From: an uncultured delta proteobacterium
GTDB taxonomy: Bacteria > Myxococcota > Myxococcia > Myxococcales > 40CM-4-68-19
Assembly (NCBI GenBank): GCA_903911145.1
Contig: CAIWCD010000003.1
Location: 642-64,641 of the forward strand
Direction of reading: 5' to 3'
Length of the DNA stretch: 64,000 nt
Shown here: piece by piece, positions 56,212 through 64,000 of the stretch
Position numbering within the stretch: the stretch's first letter is position 1
Layout: every line of letters begins with the position of its first letter
Program-made: the position numbers and the translations under genes
The notes under the pieces: generated by a model
What the model was told of the DNA's origin: nothing
Seen by the model: only the letters and a program-made list of their open reading frames with translations
Databases searched by the model: none

Positions 56212-57209
56212 CGCGTCGTCGCCGGGTTGAGCTGGGCTGCAATCTTGAGGAGCTCTTCAATGGGGAGATTTCCAAGCAGCGTGTAGTAGCTTCCGTCGCG
56301 GACGAACGCATACGAAGACATCGCACTGCCTGGAATCAGACGCCCCGGCGTCCCGGATCCGATCGGAACTCCATAGGCCGGCACCGAGGCTCCCGCCGAG
56401 GCATTGACGGTCACAAGCAGAACGTGGGGCCCTCTCTCATAGCGAATGCAGAAGGCCGGAATCGGTCCTGCGGCGCGCGCGATCAGTGTGCGCTTGAGGC
56501 CGAGCCGGTTGTCATCAGGAAGCACGACATGAAACGTCGCCTCCTTGCGCATCGCCGCTTCGTCAATCGACGGCATGCCCAGATCCCAGTCTGTAATCAG
56601 AGTCCCCTCAGGAACGATCTCAGAGAACGCCTCCTGCGCGACGGGCTTGTTGAATGCAATGCTGTCCCATTGAAACGCATAGGTAGTATTGGGAAAGTGA
56701 TACTCGCCCGCCATCGCAAACGAGTAAGGGTCGTAGACTTTCGTCCACCCTCGCGCATCGGGGGTCTCTCTGGAGCGGGCCTTGTGGTGCAACGTCAGCG
56801 TGCTCAGACCCGCCACCATCGACGTGCCGTTGATGATGTAGTCATAGGTTCGTTGATTGAGTCCGTACTGGTACTCAACCAGACGATCAAGATCCTTACC
56901 CTCGGGTAGCTTGAGGTTTCGCAAGCGGATCGCCCAACGGACCTGTGGATAGTAGGACTGGAGGGTATGACCGTCATAGATCACGGAGATGCCCGCCCAC
57001 GCCGCCGGCTCAGTGACCCGAGCAGAGAAGAGATCCGGTCGCGCCTGCACCACCGCAGCCTTGACGTCCGCGCCATCGATGATTCCGCTCTGGACGATCA
57101 CGCCATCGACCGAGGTGACCTTCGCACTGTTCCGCAGGATATGCAGAAGCGCGTAATCGGGAACGGCGGATGCAGCAAAGAGTGAAGCAACGAGTAAGGC
57201 ATTCATCAT
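56208..57209 (-). CDS. LolA/RseB-like periplasmic protein (333 aa), paralog of previous
   Basis: A signal peptide is present. The architecture is similar to the previous gene. A 4-nt overlap joins it to the neighbour. Confidence 0.55.
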   Translation of the reverse strand: MMNALLVASLFAASAVPDYALLHILRNSAKVTSVDGVIVQSGIIDGADVKAAVVQARPDLFSARVTEPAAWAGISVIYDGHTLQSYYPQVRWAIRLRNLKLPEGKDLDRLVEYQYGLNQRTYDYIINGTSMVAGLSTLTLHHKARSRETPDARGWTKVYDPYSFAMAGEYHFPNTTYAFQWDSIAFNKPVAQEAFSEIVPEGTLITDWDLGMPSIDEAAMRKEATFHVVLPDDNRLGLKRTLIARAAGPIPAFCIRYERGPHVLLVTVNASAGASVPAYGVPIGSGTPGRLIPGSAMSSYAFVRDGSYYTLLGNLPIEELLKIAAQLNPATTR

Positions 57210-57967
57210 TGTTCCCCTGTGGAAGGGTGCTTGCGAAACAGCTCGAACCAGCCCTGGAGGCCAGCGAGCGGATGATCGATGGAGCGGCCGATGTCGTAGC
57301 GCACAGGCTCGGACGATCCGGTCCAGGTGCGGGAGATCCGATCCCAGACGATCAGTGCGCCGCCAAAGTTCTTGTTGAGATAGGCGTCATTGATGCCGTG
57401 ATGGATGCTGTGGTGCTGCGGTGTATTGAAGACGATCTCAAACATTCCCAGACGTGGAACGCCTTCTGTGTGCGTGAACGATTGGTAGATCAGACTGAAG
57501 AACTGCATCGACATGACCATGAGCGGGTCGAATCCGAGCAGTGGAAGCCAGATCCAGAATGGCAAGGCCACGAATGGTGTCCAGCTCTGCCTGAGACCAA
57601 CCGAAAGATTGAACTGGGTCGAGGCGTGGTGCGTGGAGTGGGCGGCCCAGAGGACGGGTGATGCGTGGCTTGCGCGGTGGAACCAGTAGAAGCTGAAGTC
57701 GTCGAGCAGGAAGAGGGCACACCAACTCAACCAGAAGCGGCCTGAGCCCACGTCGAGCCAATGCGGCCCGAAATCGAAGATCGCATGGTCGCGCGCGAGC
57801 GAATAGAGCTCGAATAGAACCGGGCCCCAGACGAGCGAGATGAGGAGGTAGCCCGCGAAGGTCCAGACGTTGGTCAGCGTATCGGCAGTGCGAAAGCGTC
57901 CAGGAGCACGCAGTCGCTCGACAACGAGGCAGAGCAGGAGCAGTGCGATGAGAAGCCAGCCGATCAC
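57206..57967 (-). CDS. fatty acid hydroxylase / sterol desaturase superfamily membrane protein
   Basis: Histidine boxes HRASH, HSTHH and HHSIHHG are present, with 4 TM helices. Confidence 0.8.
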   Translation of the reverse strand: MIGWLLIALLLLCLVVERLRAPGRFRTADTLTNVWTFAGYLLISLVWGPVLFELYSLARDHAIFDFGPHWLDVGSGRFWLSWCALFLLDDFSFYWFHRASHASPVLWAAHSTHHASTQFNLSVGLRQSWTPFVALPFWIWLPLLGFDPLMVMSMQFFSLIYQSFTHTEGVPRLGMFEIVFNTPQHHSIHHGINDAYLNKNFGGALIVWDRISRTWTGSSEPVRYDIGRSIDHPLAGLQGWFELFRKHPSTGEQ

Positions 57968-58521
57968 TTGCTGCCCCTATGTTTGAGACCGCCTGAGAGA
58001 ATCTTCGCGATCGCCGCGACCGATTTGTCGACGCCGAGGCCGAACGGGCGCGCTCCGAGACAGTGGGTGAGGATGAAGTAGTTGGTGAAGAGCAGATAGG
58101 TCGCGGTGAAGGCGACTGCCGGATCGACGCCGCCCGCGCCGGCGCCGGTCAGCTTCTCGCCGAACAGCGCGCGGAACTTTCCGGCGAGGTCGTCGTAGTG
58201 GGGGCGCGCGTGATGCCCGTCGAACTCCGCGATGTCGACATAGACGAGCGTGAGGCAGTCGCGGTTGCGCACGACCAGTTCGCCGATGGCGTGGCCAAGC
58301 GCCTCGAGATCTCCGGGGAACGTTTCCAGATCAACGAGTGGCACCAGCGACGCGGCGTCGCCAGCGAACGCGATATAGAGGCGCGAAATGAGCGCGGTGA
58401 AGAGCGGCTCTTTGCCTTCGTAGTGATTGTAGATGTTGCCGAGCGCAACACCTGCGCGCGTGGCGATCTCGCGCAGGCCCACACCGTGGAACCCCTGCTT
58501 GAGGAAGAGAGCAAGCGCCAA
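57964..58521 (-). CDS. TetR-family transcriptional regulator (TTG start; N-terminus short)
   Basis: The HTH is GLREIATRAGVALGNIYNHYEGKEPLF. An in-frame stop lies 4 codons upstream of the TTG. Confidence 0.75.
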   Translation of the reverse strand: MALALFLKQGFHGVGLREIATRAGVALGNIYNHYEGKEPLFTALISRLYIAFAGDAASLVPLVDLETFPGDLEALGHAIGELVVRNRDCLTLVYVDIAEFDGHHARPHYDDLAGKFRALFGEKLTGAGAGGVDPAVAFTATYLLFTNYFILTHCLGARPFGLGVDKSVAAIAKILSGGLKHRGSK

Positions 58522-58591
58522 GCGAGCGCCGCTTCACCAGCCCAGACCCGTGCCCTCTCGTGGCGCCGCAGGACCGGATCGATGCGCTCGT

Positions 58592-59152
58592 TCAGCTCTG
58601 GTGCGTGCGCCCGCGCTGGAGGTGATCGACGAGTTGCCGACGGATGGCATGAAACGCTTCGTGCACCGCGGCGTAGGCGTCCTGCCCGATCTCCACGCTC
58701 GGATCTGCAGAGGCGATCAACTCCGCGCCCGGCACGAGGAGAATCACCTCGACGCGAAAGCGCTTCGCGCGGTGGTGCTGGTTCGGCTCATCGATGACGA
58801 TGCGGCATTCGACAATGCGATCCTTGAACTCCTCGAGCGCCAGAACTTGCTGGTGGATGAGCGCGGTCAGCGCCGTCGAGGGGGCAGTGTGGCGATAGGT
58901 GATCTTGGTCGGAGTGGTCCATGCGTGGAGAAGCCCGGCGAGCTTCGCGGGTCTGGTATCGGTGACGACGCCGCATTCATCCACATGCGCGCCGTGCATC
59001 CGATGCAGATGCCCGTCGTGTTCGTAGTCGACGTGACCATCGTGCTGCACCGGCTTGTGGCCGCAGCCCTCGCCATGCTGGTGCGCGTGGTGCTCGTGGA
59101 CGTTGCAGGGATGGTTCACGGATCGGTGCGATTCCGTCTGAGGCATCGGCAT
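58592..59152 (-). CDS. ribosome hibernation factor (HPF/RaiA)-like protein with ~70-aa His/Cys-rich N-terminal extension
   Basis: The C-terminal 100 aa follow the HPF pattern (...EIGQDAYAAVHEAFHAIRRQLVDHLQRGR, compare E. coli EGQDMYAAIDGLIDKLARQL). The N-terminus has 17 His and 3 Cys within 60 aa. Confidence 0.65.
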   Translation of the reverse strand: MPMPQTESHRSVNHPCNVHEHHAHQHGEGCGHKPVQHDGHVDYEHDGHLHRMHGAHVDECGVVTDTRPAKLAGLLHAWTTPTKITYRHTAPSTALTALIHQQVLALEEFKDRIVECRIVIDEPNQHHRAKRFRVEVILLVPGAELIASADPSVEIGQDAYAAVHEAFHAIRRQLVDHLQRGRTHQS

Positions 59153-59633
59153 GGTTTGCTCCAGGAAGGTGTTCGAAGTGGGCTACGGAGCACAGGACGT
59201 GCCATCGCAAATTCCGTGGGCGATCGGGCGGCGCCGCGCCCAGTCAGGCCCAGCGCTTGTGCCGCGAACAGGCGATGAACGGCGACGACCGTTCGCCGAA
59301 CGCTGAACGCCGACCGGGCCGGTCGACGCGTGATCGATGCTGGGGAGGAAGGAGCACCGCGACAGCACCAGCAGTTCACCCGCACCAGGAACGGCAATCG
59401 GCGCGTCACGAATCTAAAACTGCCCCGGAGCAACAAGCTGCGCCGCTTTCATACCAACTCCTGCATCGTGGAAAGTCCACACCTCAAGGGAAGGTCTGAC
59501 TGAGAGAAGGTCTTGAGAATGAGTGGAGCAACATGCGTGCCCTGCGCCTCAGACGTGGTGGGCCATTGCCCCAACGCAACCGACGCGATAGTTCATCCGC
59601 CGCAGCGCGAATCTCCCTCGCGCAAACCCTTCA

Positions 59634-60593
59634 ATGCAGGAACTCCCGATGAATCGACTCCACCTGCTGCTGCTCTCCCTCGCCCTGCCCTGCGTTCTCT
59701 TGTCCAGCTGCTCAAGCAATCCAGTCGCGGCAAGCGATGCAGGCAGCGACGCAGGGACTGGTGCGGGAACCGACGCAGGCAGCAGCGATGCGGGCGATGG
59801 CGGCAGCTGTCTGCCCCGCGCAACCTACGGCGGAGGAGAGGTGAATACCCAGGAAGGCTCCGTTACAGCGTTCATTGTCGACGAGATCGGAGCCCCGATC
59901 GCGGGCGGCCAACCCGTCTATATCTGCGGTCTCAACCTCTGTTCGGCCCCGTCGACGACGAGCGATGCCGGTACCGCAAGCATCACCACCAACCTCTCCA
60001 TGAAGCGCCCAGCATTCAAATATGGGGATGCGATCAACTATGCGGAATTCGCCATTCCACTCACCTCGGGCTCCACGGACTTCACCGCGAACGGCACTGG
60101 AACACTCGGCACGGGGAAACTCTCAGACAAGCCCGGCGCTGCGCTCACGCCTGGCACGAGCGCGATCTCAGGCGACGTCACAGTGGCGCTGGCCGCAGAC
60201 GCGATCGTCGGGATCGACACGCTGACCTACAGCACGGCCGATCAACAGAAGTTCCGCGCAGTGAATATTCCACTCACCAATCTCGCTCCAGTGCTTGGAA
60301 ATGTCACCGTCAGCGGCGCCGCGGCCAACTTCGCACTCGTCTATGGAGTCGCCCCAGCAGAGACGACCCTCTGCCCTCCCGCACAGATCTCGGTGTCTCT
60401 ACCTCAGACTCTGAGATGGGCCGCGGGCGCCGCTGTGGAATTCTGGATCACGACCTCAGACGTATCTCAGACCTATGCTCCGTATGGAGGCTGGGCCTGG
60501 ATGAGCGACGGAGTGGTCAGCCCCGATGGGAAGAGAGTCACCAGCACGCAGGGATTCAACCTCCTCGAGAATTTTGCGATTCGCCTCAAGTAG
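59634..60593 (+). CDS. hypothetical lipoprotein (alt start 59649; LLSSC lipobox)
   Basis: MNRLHLLLLSLALPCVLLSSCSS. The D/A/G-rich linker is followed by a beta-rich domain. Confidence 0.55.
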   Translation: MQELPMNRLHLLLLSLALPCVLLSSCSSNPVAASDAGSDAGTGAGTDAGSSDAGDGGSCLPRATYGGGEVNTQEGSVTAFIVDEIGAPIAGGQPVYICGLNLCSAPSTTSDAGTASITTNLSMKRPAFKYGDAINYAEFAIPLTSGSTDFTANGTGTLGTGKLSDKPGAALTPGTSAISGDVTVALAADAIVGIDTLTYSTADQQKFRAVNIPLTNLAPVLGNVTVSGAAANFALVYGVAPAETTLCPPAQISVSLPQTLRWAAGAAVEFWITTSDVSQTYAPYGGWAWMSDGVVSPDGKRVTSTQGFNLLENFAIRLK

Positions 60594-60631
60594 AATTGAC
60601 ACCCTCGCGAGTTGCAGCGCCGGTTCTATGC

Positions 60632-62725
60632 TCAATGCGGGTCGAGGCTCCTGCGTACGTGCGCGAGCAACTCCGCCCCGCTGAACGGTTTCTGCAGCCA
60701 CTCCGCGCTGCTCGGCTCGATTCCATGCGCCGAGAGAACCTCACCGGGATATCCAGAGACGAAGAGCACACGCAGACGGGGCCGGCTCTGCCTGAGCTGC
60801 TCCAGAAGCTGTCCGCCGTCGAGTCCCGGCATGATGACGTCGGAGAGAAGCAGATCGAACGATGCGTTCGGCTCGCGCGCAAGCACCAGCGCCGCTGCGC
60901 CATTCCCTGCGACGCGCACCTGGTATCCGGCGCCGATAAGCGTCCGCTCGATGAATCGCCGAATCCCCGCATCGTCCTCGACCAGAAGGATTGTCTCCTT
61001 CCCTCCTCGTTTCACCAGTGACGACATCGGCGCGGATTGAGTCGCAGCCGTCGCCGGCGCGCGCGGCAAGCAGATGGAGAACGTGGTTCCTCTACCCTGC
61101 TCGCTCTCGCAGCGGATATATCCACCGCTCTGCTTGACGATGCCGTAGACCGTCGCGAGTCCAAGCCCGGTTCCCTTTCCAACCTCCTTGGTCGTGAAGA
61201 ATGGCTCAAAGAGTCGCGCCTGGACCTCAGCAGACATTCCGATTCCGGAATCGCTGACGGAGAACTGGACATGATCACGGGAGGGCGCGCCCGGATATCG
61301 CCTGAGCCCATCTGAATCGGCGGCGAGATTGGCCGTACGCAGAGTCAGCGCGCCTCCGCGCGGCATCGCGTCCCGCGCATTGACCGCGAAGTTCAATAAG
61401 ACCTGCTCGAACTGGCTCTGATCGCAGAGCACCGGCCAGAGCAGAGCCGCAAGCTCGGTGGTGACCAGGATATCAGCGCCAACCAACCGCCCGAGCATCT
61501 TCTCGATGCCGCGCACCGCCTCGTTGAGATCGAGCACCACGAGAGAGAAGACCTGCCTGCGCGCAAACGTGAGCAGTTGCCGGGTCAGATTGCGAGCGCG
61601 GGTAGCCGCCTCGCCAATCTCCCCGGCCCGCTCGGCCACCAGCGCGGCCCACGGCACATTGGGCGGCGATATGTCTTCGACGTCGGCGAGAATCACCGCG
61701 AGGATATTATTGAAGTCGTGCGCAATCCCGCCCGCGAGCCTTCCGATGCTCTCGAGCTTCTGCGCCTGGACAAGCTGCTGCTGCAGCGACAACTCGACCG
61801 TGACGTCACGCTTGACCGCGAGATAGTTGCAAATCGTCCCGTTGTGATCCCGCACGGGAGCAATCAGCGTCTCCTCGGTAAAGAGCCTCCCGGTCTTGGA
61901 GAGGTTGACCAGCCGGCCTTCCCAGGTCTTCCCCGCGCTGATGGTCGCCCAGAGCTCCCGATAGATCTCGTCGCTCTGCCCGCCGCTCTTGAGGATCCGC
62001 GGATTCTTGCCGAGCGCTTCGGCGCGCGAATACCCCGTGACCAACTCGAACGCGGGATTCACATATTCGATATTCCCGGCGAGATCCGTCATCACCACAC
62101 TGGCGGCCACCTGTTCGACCGCGGTCCCGAGCAGTCGAAGTGACGCGTCGGCCTCAACGCGCTGGGATATATCCGCGACAATCAGCCGAATTTCCTCCTG
62201 GCCATCCATGCACTGCACATCCAGTTCGAGCTGCGCCCAGAACTTCGTCCCATCGGACCGCATGATGCGCAATTCAACCGATTGGGGTGCCCGCGTATCG
62301 GTCAGCAATTGCCGGTGCCGATAGAAGAGGTGCTGGTCCGCATTGAAAATGAACTTGAAGAACGGCTGGCCGATCAACACGCCGCGCGCACGGCCAAGCA
62401 GAGTTGCAAAGCGGAGATTCGATTGGAGGACGAGTCCCTCCGCACTCAAGCTGCAATAGCCGATCGGCGCGAAGTCATAGAGGTCGAGATAACGCGCCCG
62501 CGATTCGCCCAGGCTGACCTGCGAGAGGCGCAGCTCTTCGTTCTGCATCTCGAGTTCGATCTGGTGCACGCGCAGCTCGTGGACCAACCGCTGCGCCGTT
62601 TCCATCGTCATCGCATCCAGCCCGGAGGAGCTGTCGCGATAGACGGCTTCGGCCCGCTCGCGAAGCGAGGGCGCAGACATCGCGGGAGCAGCAGGCCCCA
62701 CCGCGGCCGTTGGCTCGTCGGTCAC
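60632..62725 (-). CDS. hybrid sensor histidine kinase (PAS/PAC domains, HisKA, HATPase_c, C-terminal receiver)
   Basis: The H-box is IAHDFNNILAVI, and DSGIGM and GTGLGLATVYGIVKQSGG are present. The receiver is ILLVEDDAGIRRFIERTL...LLLSDVIMPGLDG. Confidence 0.9.
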   Translation of the reverse strand: MTDEPTAAVGPAAPAMSAPSLRERAEAVYRDSSSGLDAMTMETAQRLVHELRVHQIELEMQNEELRLSQVSLGESRARYLDLYDFAPIGYCSLSAEGLVLQSNLRFATLLGRARGVLIGQPFFKFIFNADQHLFYRHRQLLTDTRAPQSVELRIMRSDGTKFWAQLELDVQCMDGQEEIRLIVADISQRVEADASLRLLGTAVEQVAASVVMTDLAGNIEYVNPAFELVTGYSRAEALGKNPRILKSGGQSDEIYRELWATISAGKTWEGRLVNLSKTGRLFTEETLIAPVRDHNGTICNYLAVKRDVTVELSLQQQLVQAQKLESIGRLAGGIAHDFNNILAVILADVEDISPPNVPWAALVAERAGEIGEAATRARNLTRQLLTFARRQVFSLVVLDLNEAVRGIEKMLGRLVGADILVTTELAALLWPVLCDQSQFEQVLLNFAVNARDAMPRGGALTLRTANLAADSDGLRRYPGAPSRDHVQFSVSDSGIGMSAEVQARLFEPFFTTKEVGKGTGLGLATVYGIVKQSGGYIRCESEQGRGTTFSICLPRAPATAATQSAPMSSLVKRGGKETILLVEDDAGIRRFIERTLIGAGYQVRVAGNGAAALVLAREPNASFDLLLSDVIMPGLDGGQLLEQLRQSRPRLRVLFVSGYPGEVLSAHGIEPSSAEWLQKPFSGAELLAHVRRSLDPH

Positions 62726-64000
62726 GGAACACCTGCTTCGTATCTGCTCTCCGTCGTCGCGATCGCATACATCTGCCCCGCCTCATTCATTAACGCCGTC
62801 GATATGATCGAGACATTCAACACCGCCCCGGCCTTGTTGAATCGGCGAGTCCGATAGGGCTCGAGCACCTCTGCGCGACTCAAGCGATGCAAGGTCGTCA
62901 AGGACTCCTCCTGCAGGGCCGGCGGGATCCGCTCGCGCACGTTCATCTTCATCGCTTCCGATTCCGTCCACCCATACAGACGCTGCGCGCCCGGATTCCA
63001 GGCGAGGATGCGTCCGTCGAGATCCTGGACAGTAATGGCATCGTGAGCGTCGCGCACCACCACCGCAAGGCGGAGCAGTTCATTCGCCTTGCGCAGTGCT
63101 TCGCGAGTCCGCACCACCTCGGTGATATCGATGAATGAAACAACCGCGCCTTCAATCACATTGGTCCGCGTGCGGTAAGGCTGGATCCGCATCGTATAGG
63201 ACTCGCCGTGCGTCGTCTGCACGTCGAGAGCGCGCGGCGCCAGCGTGCGCAGGACGTCTTGAACGTCCGCGACCAGACGATCATATCCAACCAGATTCGA
63301 CGCAATATGCGCGACCGGCCGCCCGAGATCGGTCGAGATGAAATTGAAGATCTCCGTCGCGGCCGGCGTGAAGCGGAGGATATTCAGCGCCGAATCAACG
63401 AAGACAGTTGCAATGCCCGTCCCCGCGAGGAGATTGGCCATATCGTTGTTCGACTGCGACAGCTCGGACACTTTGGAATGCAGCTCCTGGTTGACCGTCG
63501 CGAGCTCTTCATTCACCGACTGCAGCTCTTCCTTCGAGGTCTCGAGCTCCTCATTGGTCGAATGCAGCTCCTCATTCACCGACTGCAGCTCCTCGTTCGC
63601 GGAGGTGAGCTCTTCGTTGGTCGACTCCTGCTGCTCGATCGTGCTGCGGAGATTCTCGTCCTTCGCCTGCAACTCGAGCATCAGCGAGGCGACGCGCGCA
63701 TCGTCGACCGCGCGAGGCTCCGCGGGCTCGGCAGGATTGTTCCCGGCCGCCACTGGAGCGGCCGCGGATATCAACGTGTCTTCGAGGATAACGAGATAGA
63801 GGGGCACCTCCGGCGCGCTCGCCGGGTTGGTCGAGAGCGGCACGACGCTTAGATTCACGGTCGTGAAATCGCCGTTGGTCTTCACGCGCAGCCCCGCAGC
63901 CCGCGTCACCTGCTCGTCACCCATCGCCTTTCGCAGCGTCGCCGTCAGTCCATGCAGCAGACCCTCGCGCGCCATCTTGTAGATATTGCTCACTGTCACT
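62722..64000 (-). CDS. C-terminal part of a CheR/CheB-type PAS-domain signalling protein (N-terminus lies beyond window end)
   Basis: A heptad-repeat coiled coil (NEELTSANEELQSVNEELHSTNEELETSKEELQSVNEEL), typical of CheR/CheB-PAS fusion proteins, is followed by PAS domains. The ORF is still open at nt 63999. ATGA overlap with the downstream kinase. Confidence 0.65.
   Translation of the reverse strand, partial: VTVSNIYKMAREGLLHGLTATLRKAMGDEQVTRAAGLRVKTNGDFTTVNLSVVPLSTNPASAPEVPLYLVILEDTLISAAAPVAAGNNPAEPAEPRAVDDARVASLMLELQAKDENLRSTIEQQESTNEELTSANEELQSVNEELHSTNEELETSKEELQSVNEELATVNQELHSKVSELSQSNNDMANLLAGTGIATVFVDSALNILRFTPAATEIFNFISTDLGRPVAHIASNLVGYDRLVADVQDVLRTLAPRALDVQTTHGESYTMRIQPYRTRTNVIEGAVVSFIDITEVVRTREALRKANELLRLAVVVRDAHDAITVQDLDGRILAWNPGAQRLYGWTESEAMKMNVRERIPPALQEESLTTLHRLSRAEVLEPYRTRRFNKAGAVLNVSIISTALMNEAGQMYAIATTESRYEAGVP

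Noticed and set aside
57438-59436. Small plus-strand ORFs overlapping the hydroxylase, TetR and HPF-like genes (57170..57661, 58063..58797, 58433..59278)
   Set aside because: They overlap well-supported minus-strand genes in Arg-rich frames.
1-64000. Integrase, transposase, rRNA or prophage structural genes
   Set aside because: No ORF shows tyrosine or serine recombinase motifs (R..H..R..Y), DDE transposase motifs or phage structural signatures. No rRNA-like conserved stretches are present.

Overview
This is a high-GC (~68-70%) bacterial chromosomal window. No rRNA genes, CRISPR arrays, integrases or transposases are visible in it. The domain mix (CarD/CdnL-like domain, sigma-54 enhancer-binding protein, Ser/Thr kinase with TPR repeats, FG-GAP, IPT and RCC1 giant proteins) suggests a Myxococcota-like organism, but that is inference.

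The window splits into three parts.

(1) About 1.2-12.0 kb is an accessory region anchored on an intact tRNA-Arg(TCG) gene on the minus strand at 11932-12005. It holds seven copies of a repeat that contains the 3' part of this tRNA, each preceded by an iterated 'gggaacgtaa' motif. The repeats separate 0.7-3.0 kb cassettes, each carrying at most three small transcription units. The cassettes hold three complete toxin-antitoxin pairs (HigB-like killer/antidote, ParE with a small antitoxin, HicA/HicB), an orphan HigA-like regulator, a CarD/CdnL-domain fusion protein, a Cys-rich small protein, and several proteins with no recognisable family. The layout is integron-like or resembles tandem integration at a tRNA gene, yet no integrase is present in the window.

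(2) About 12-15 kb holds a membrane-anchored sensor-like protein and a frameshifted APC-family permease.

(3) About 15-52 kb is a cell-surface gene cluster. It contains three giant proteins of about 2462, 2187 and 2491 aa, built from Ig-like/IPT repeats with FG-GAP, RCC1 or beta-propeller/GH42-like C-terminal modules. The cluster also holds a six-gene tandem array of about 145-aa paralogs from an unrecognised, possibly STAS-like, family. An overlapping three-gene regulatory operon is present (sigma-54 activator with a Cys cluster, TPR histidine kinase, stand-alone receiver). The cluster further includes an SPFH protein, a secreted protein and two polytopic membrane proteins.

The right end (52-64 kb) is ordinary: a Ser/Thr kinase, two LolA/RseB-like lipoproteins, a fatty-acid hydroxylase, a TetR regulator, a His-rich HPF-like protein, a hybrid histidine kinase and a truncated CheR/PAS-type protein. 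All assignments come from reading the translated ORFs and the DNA by eye. No database search was run.
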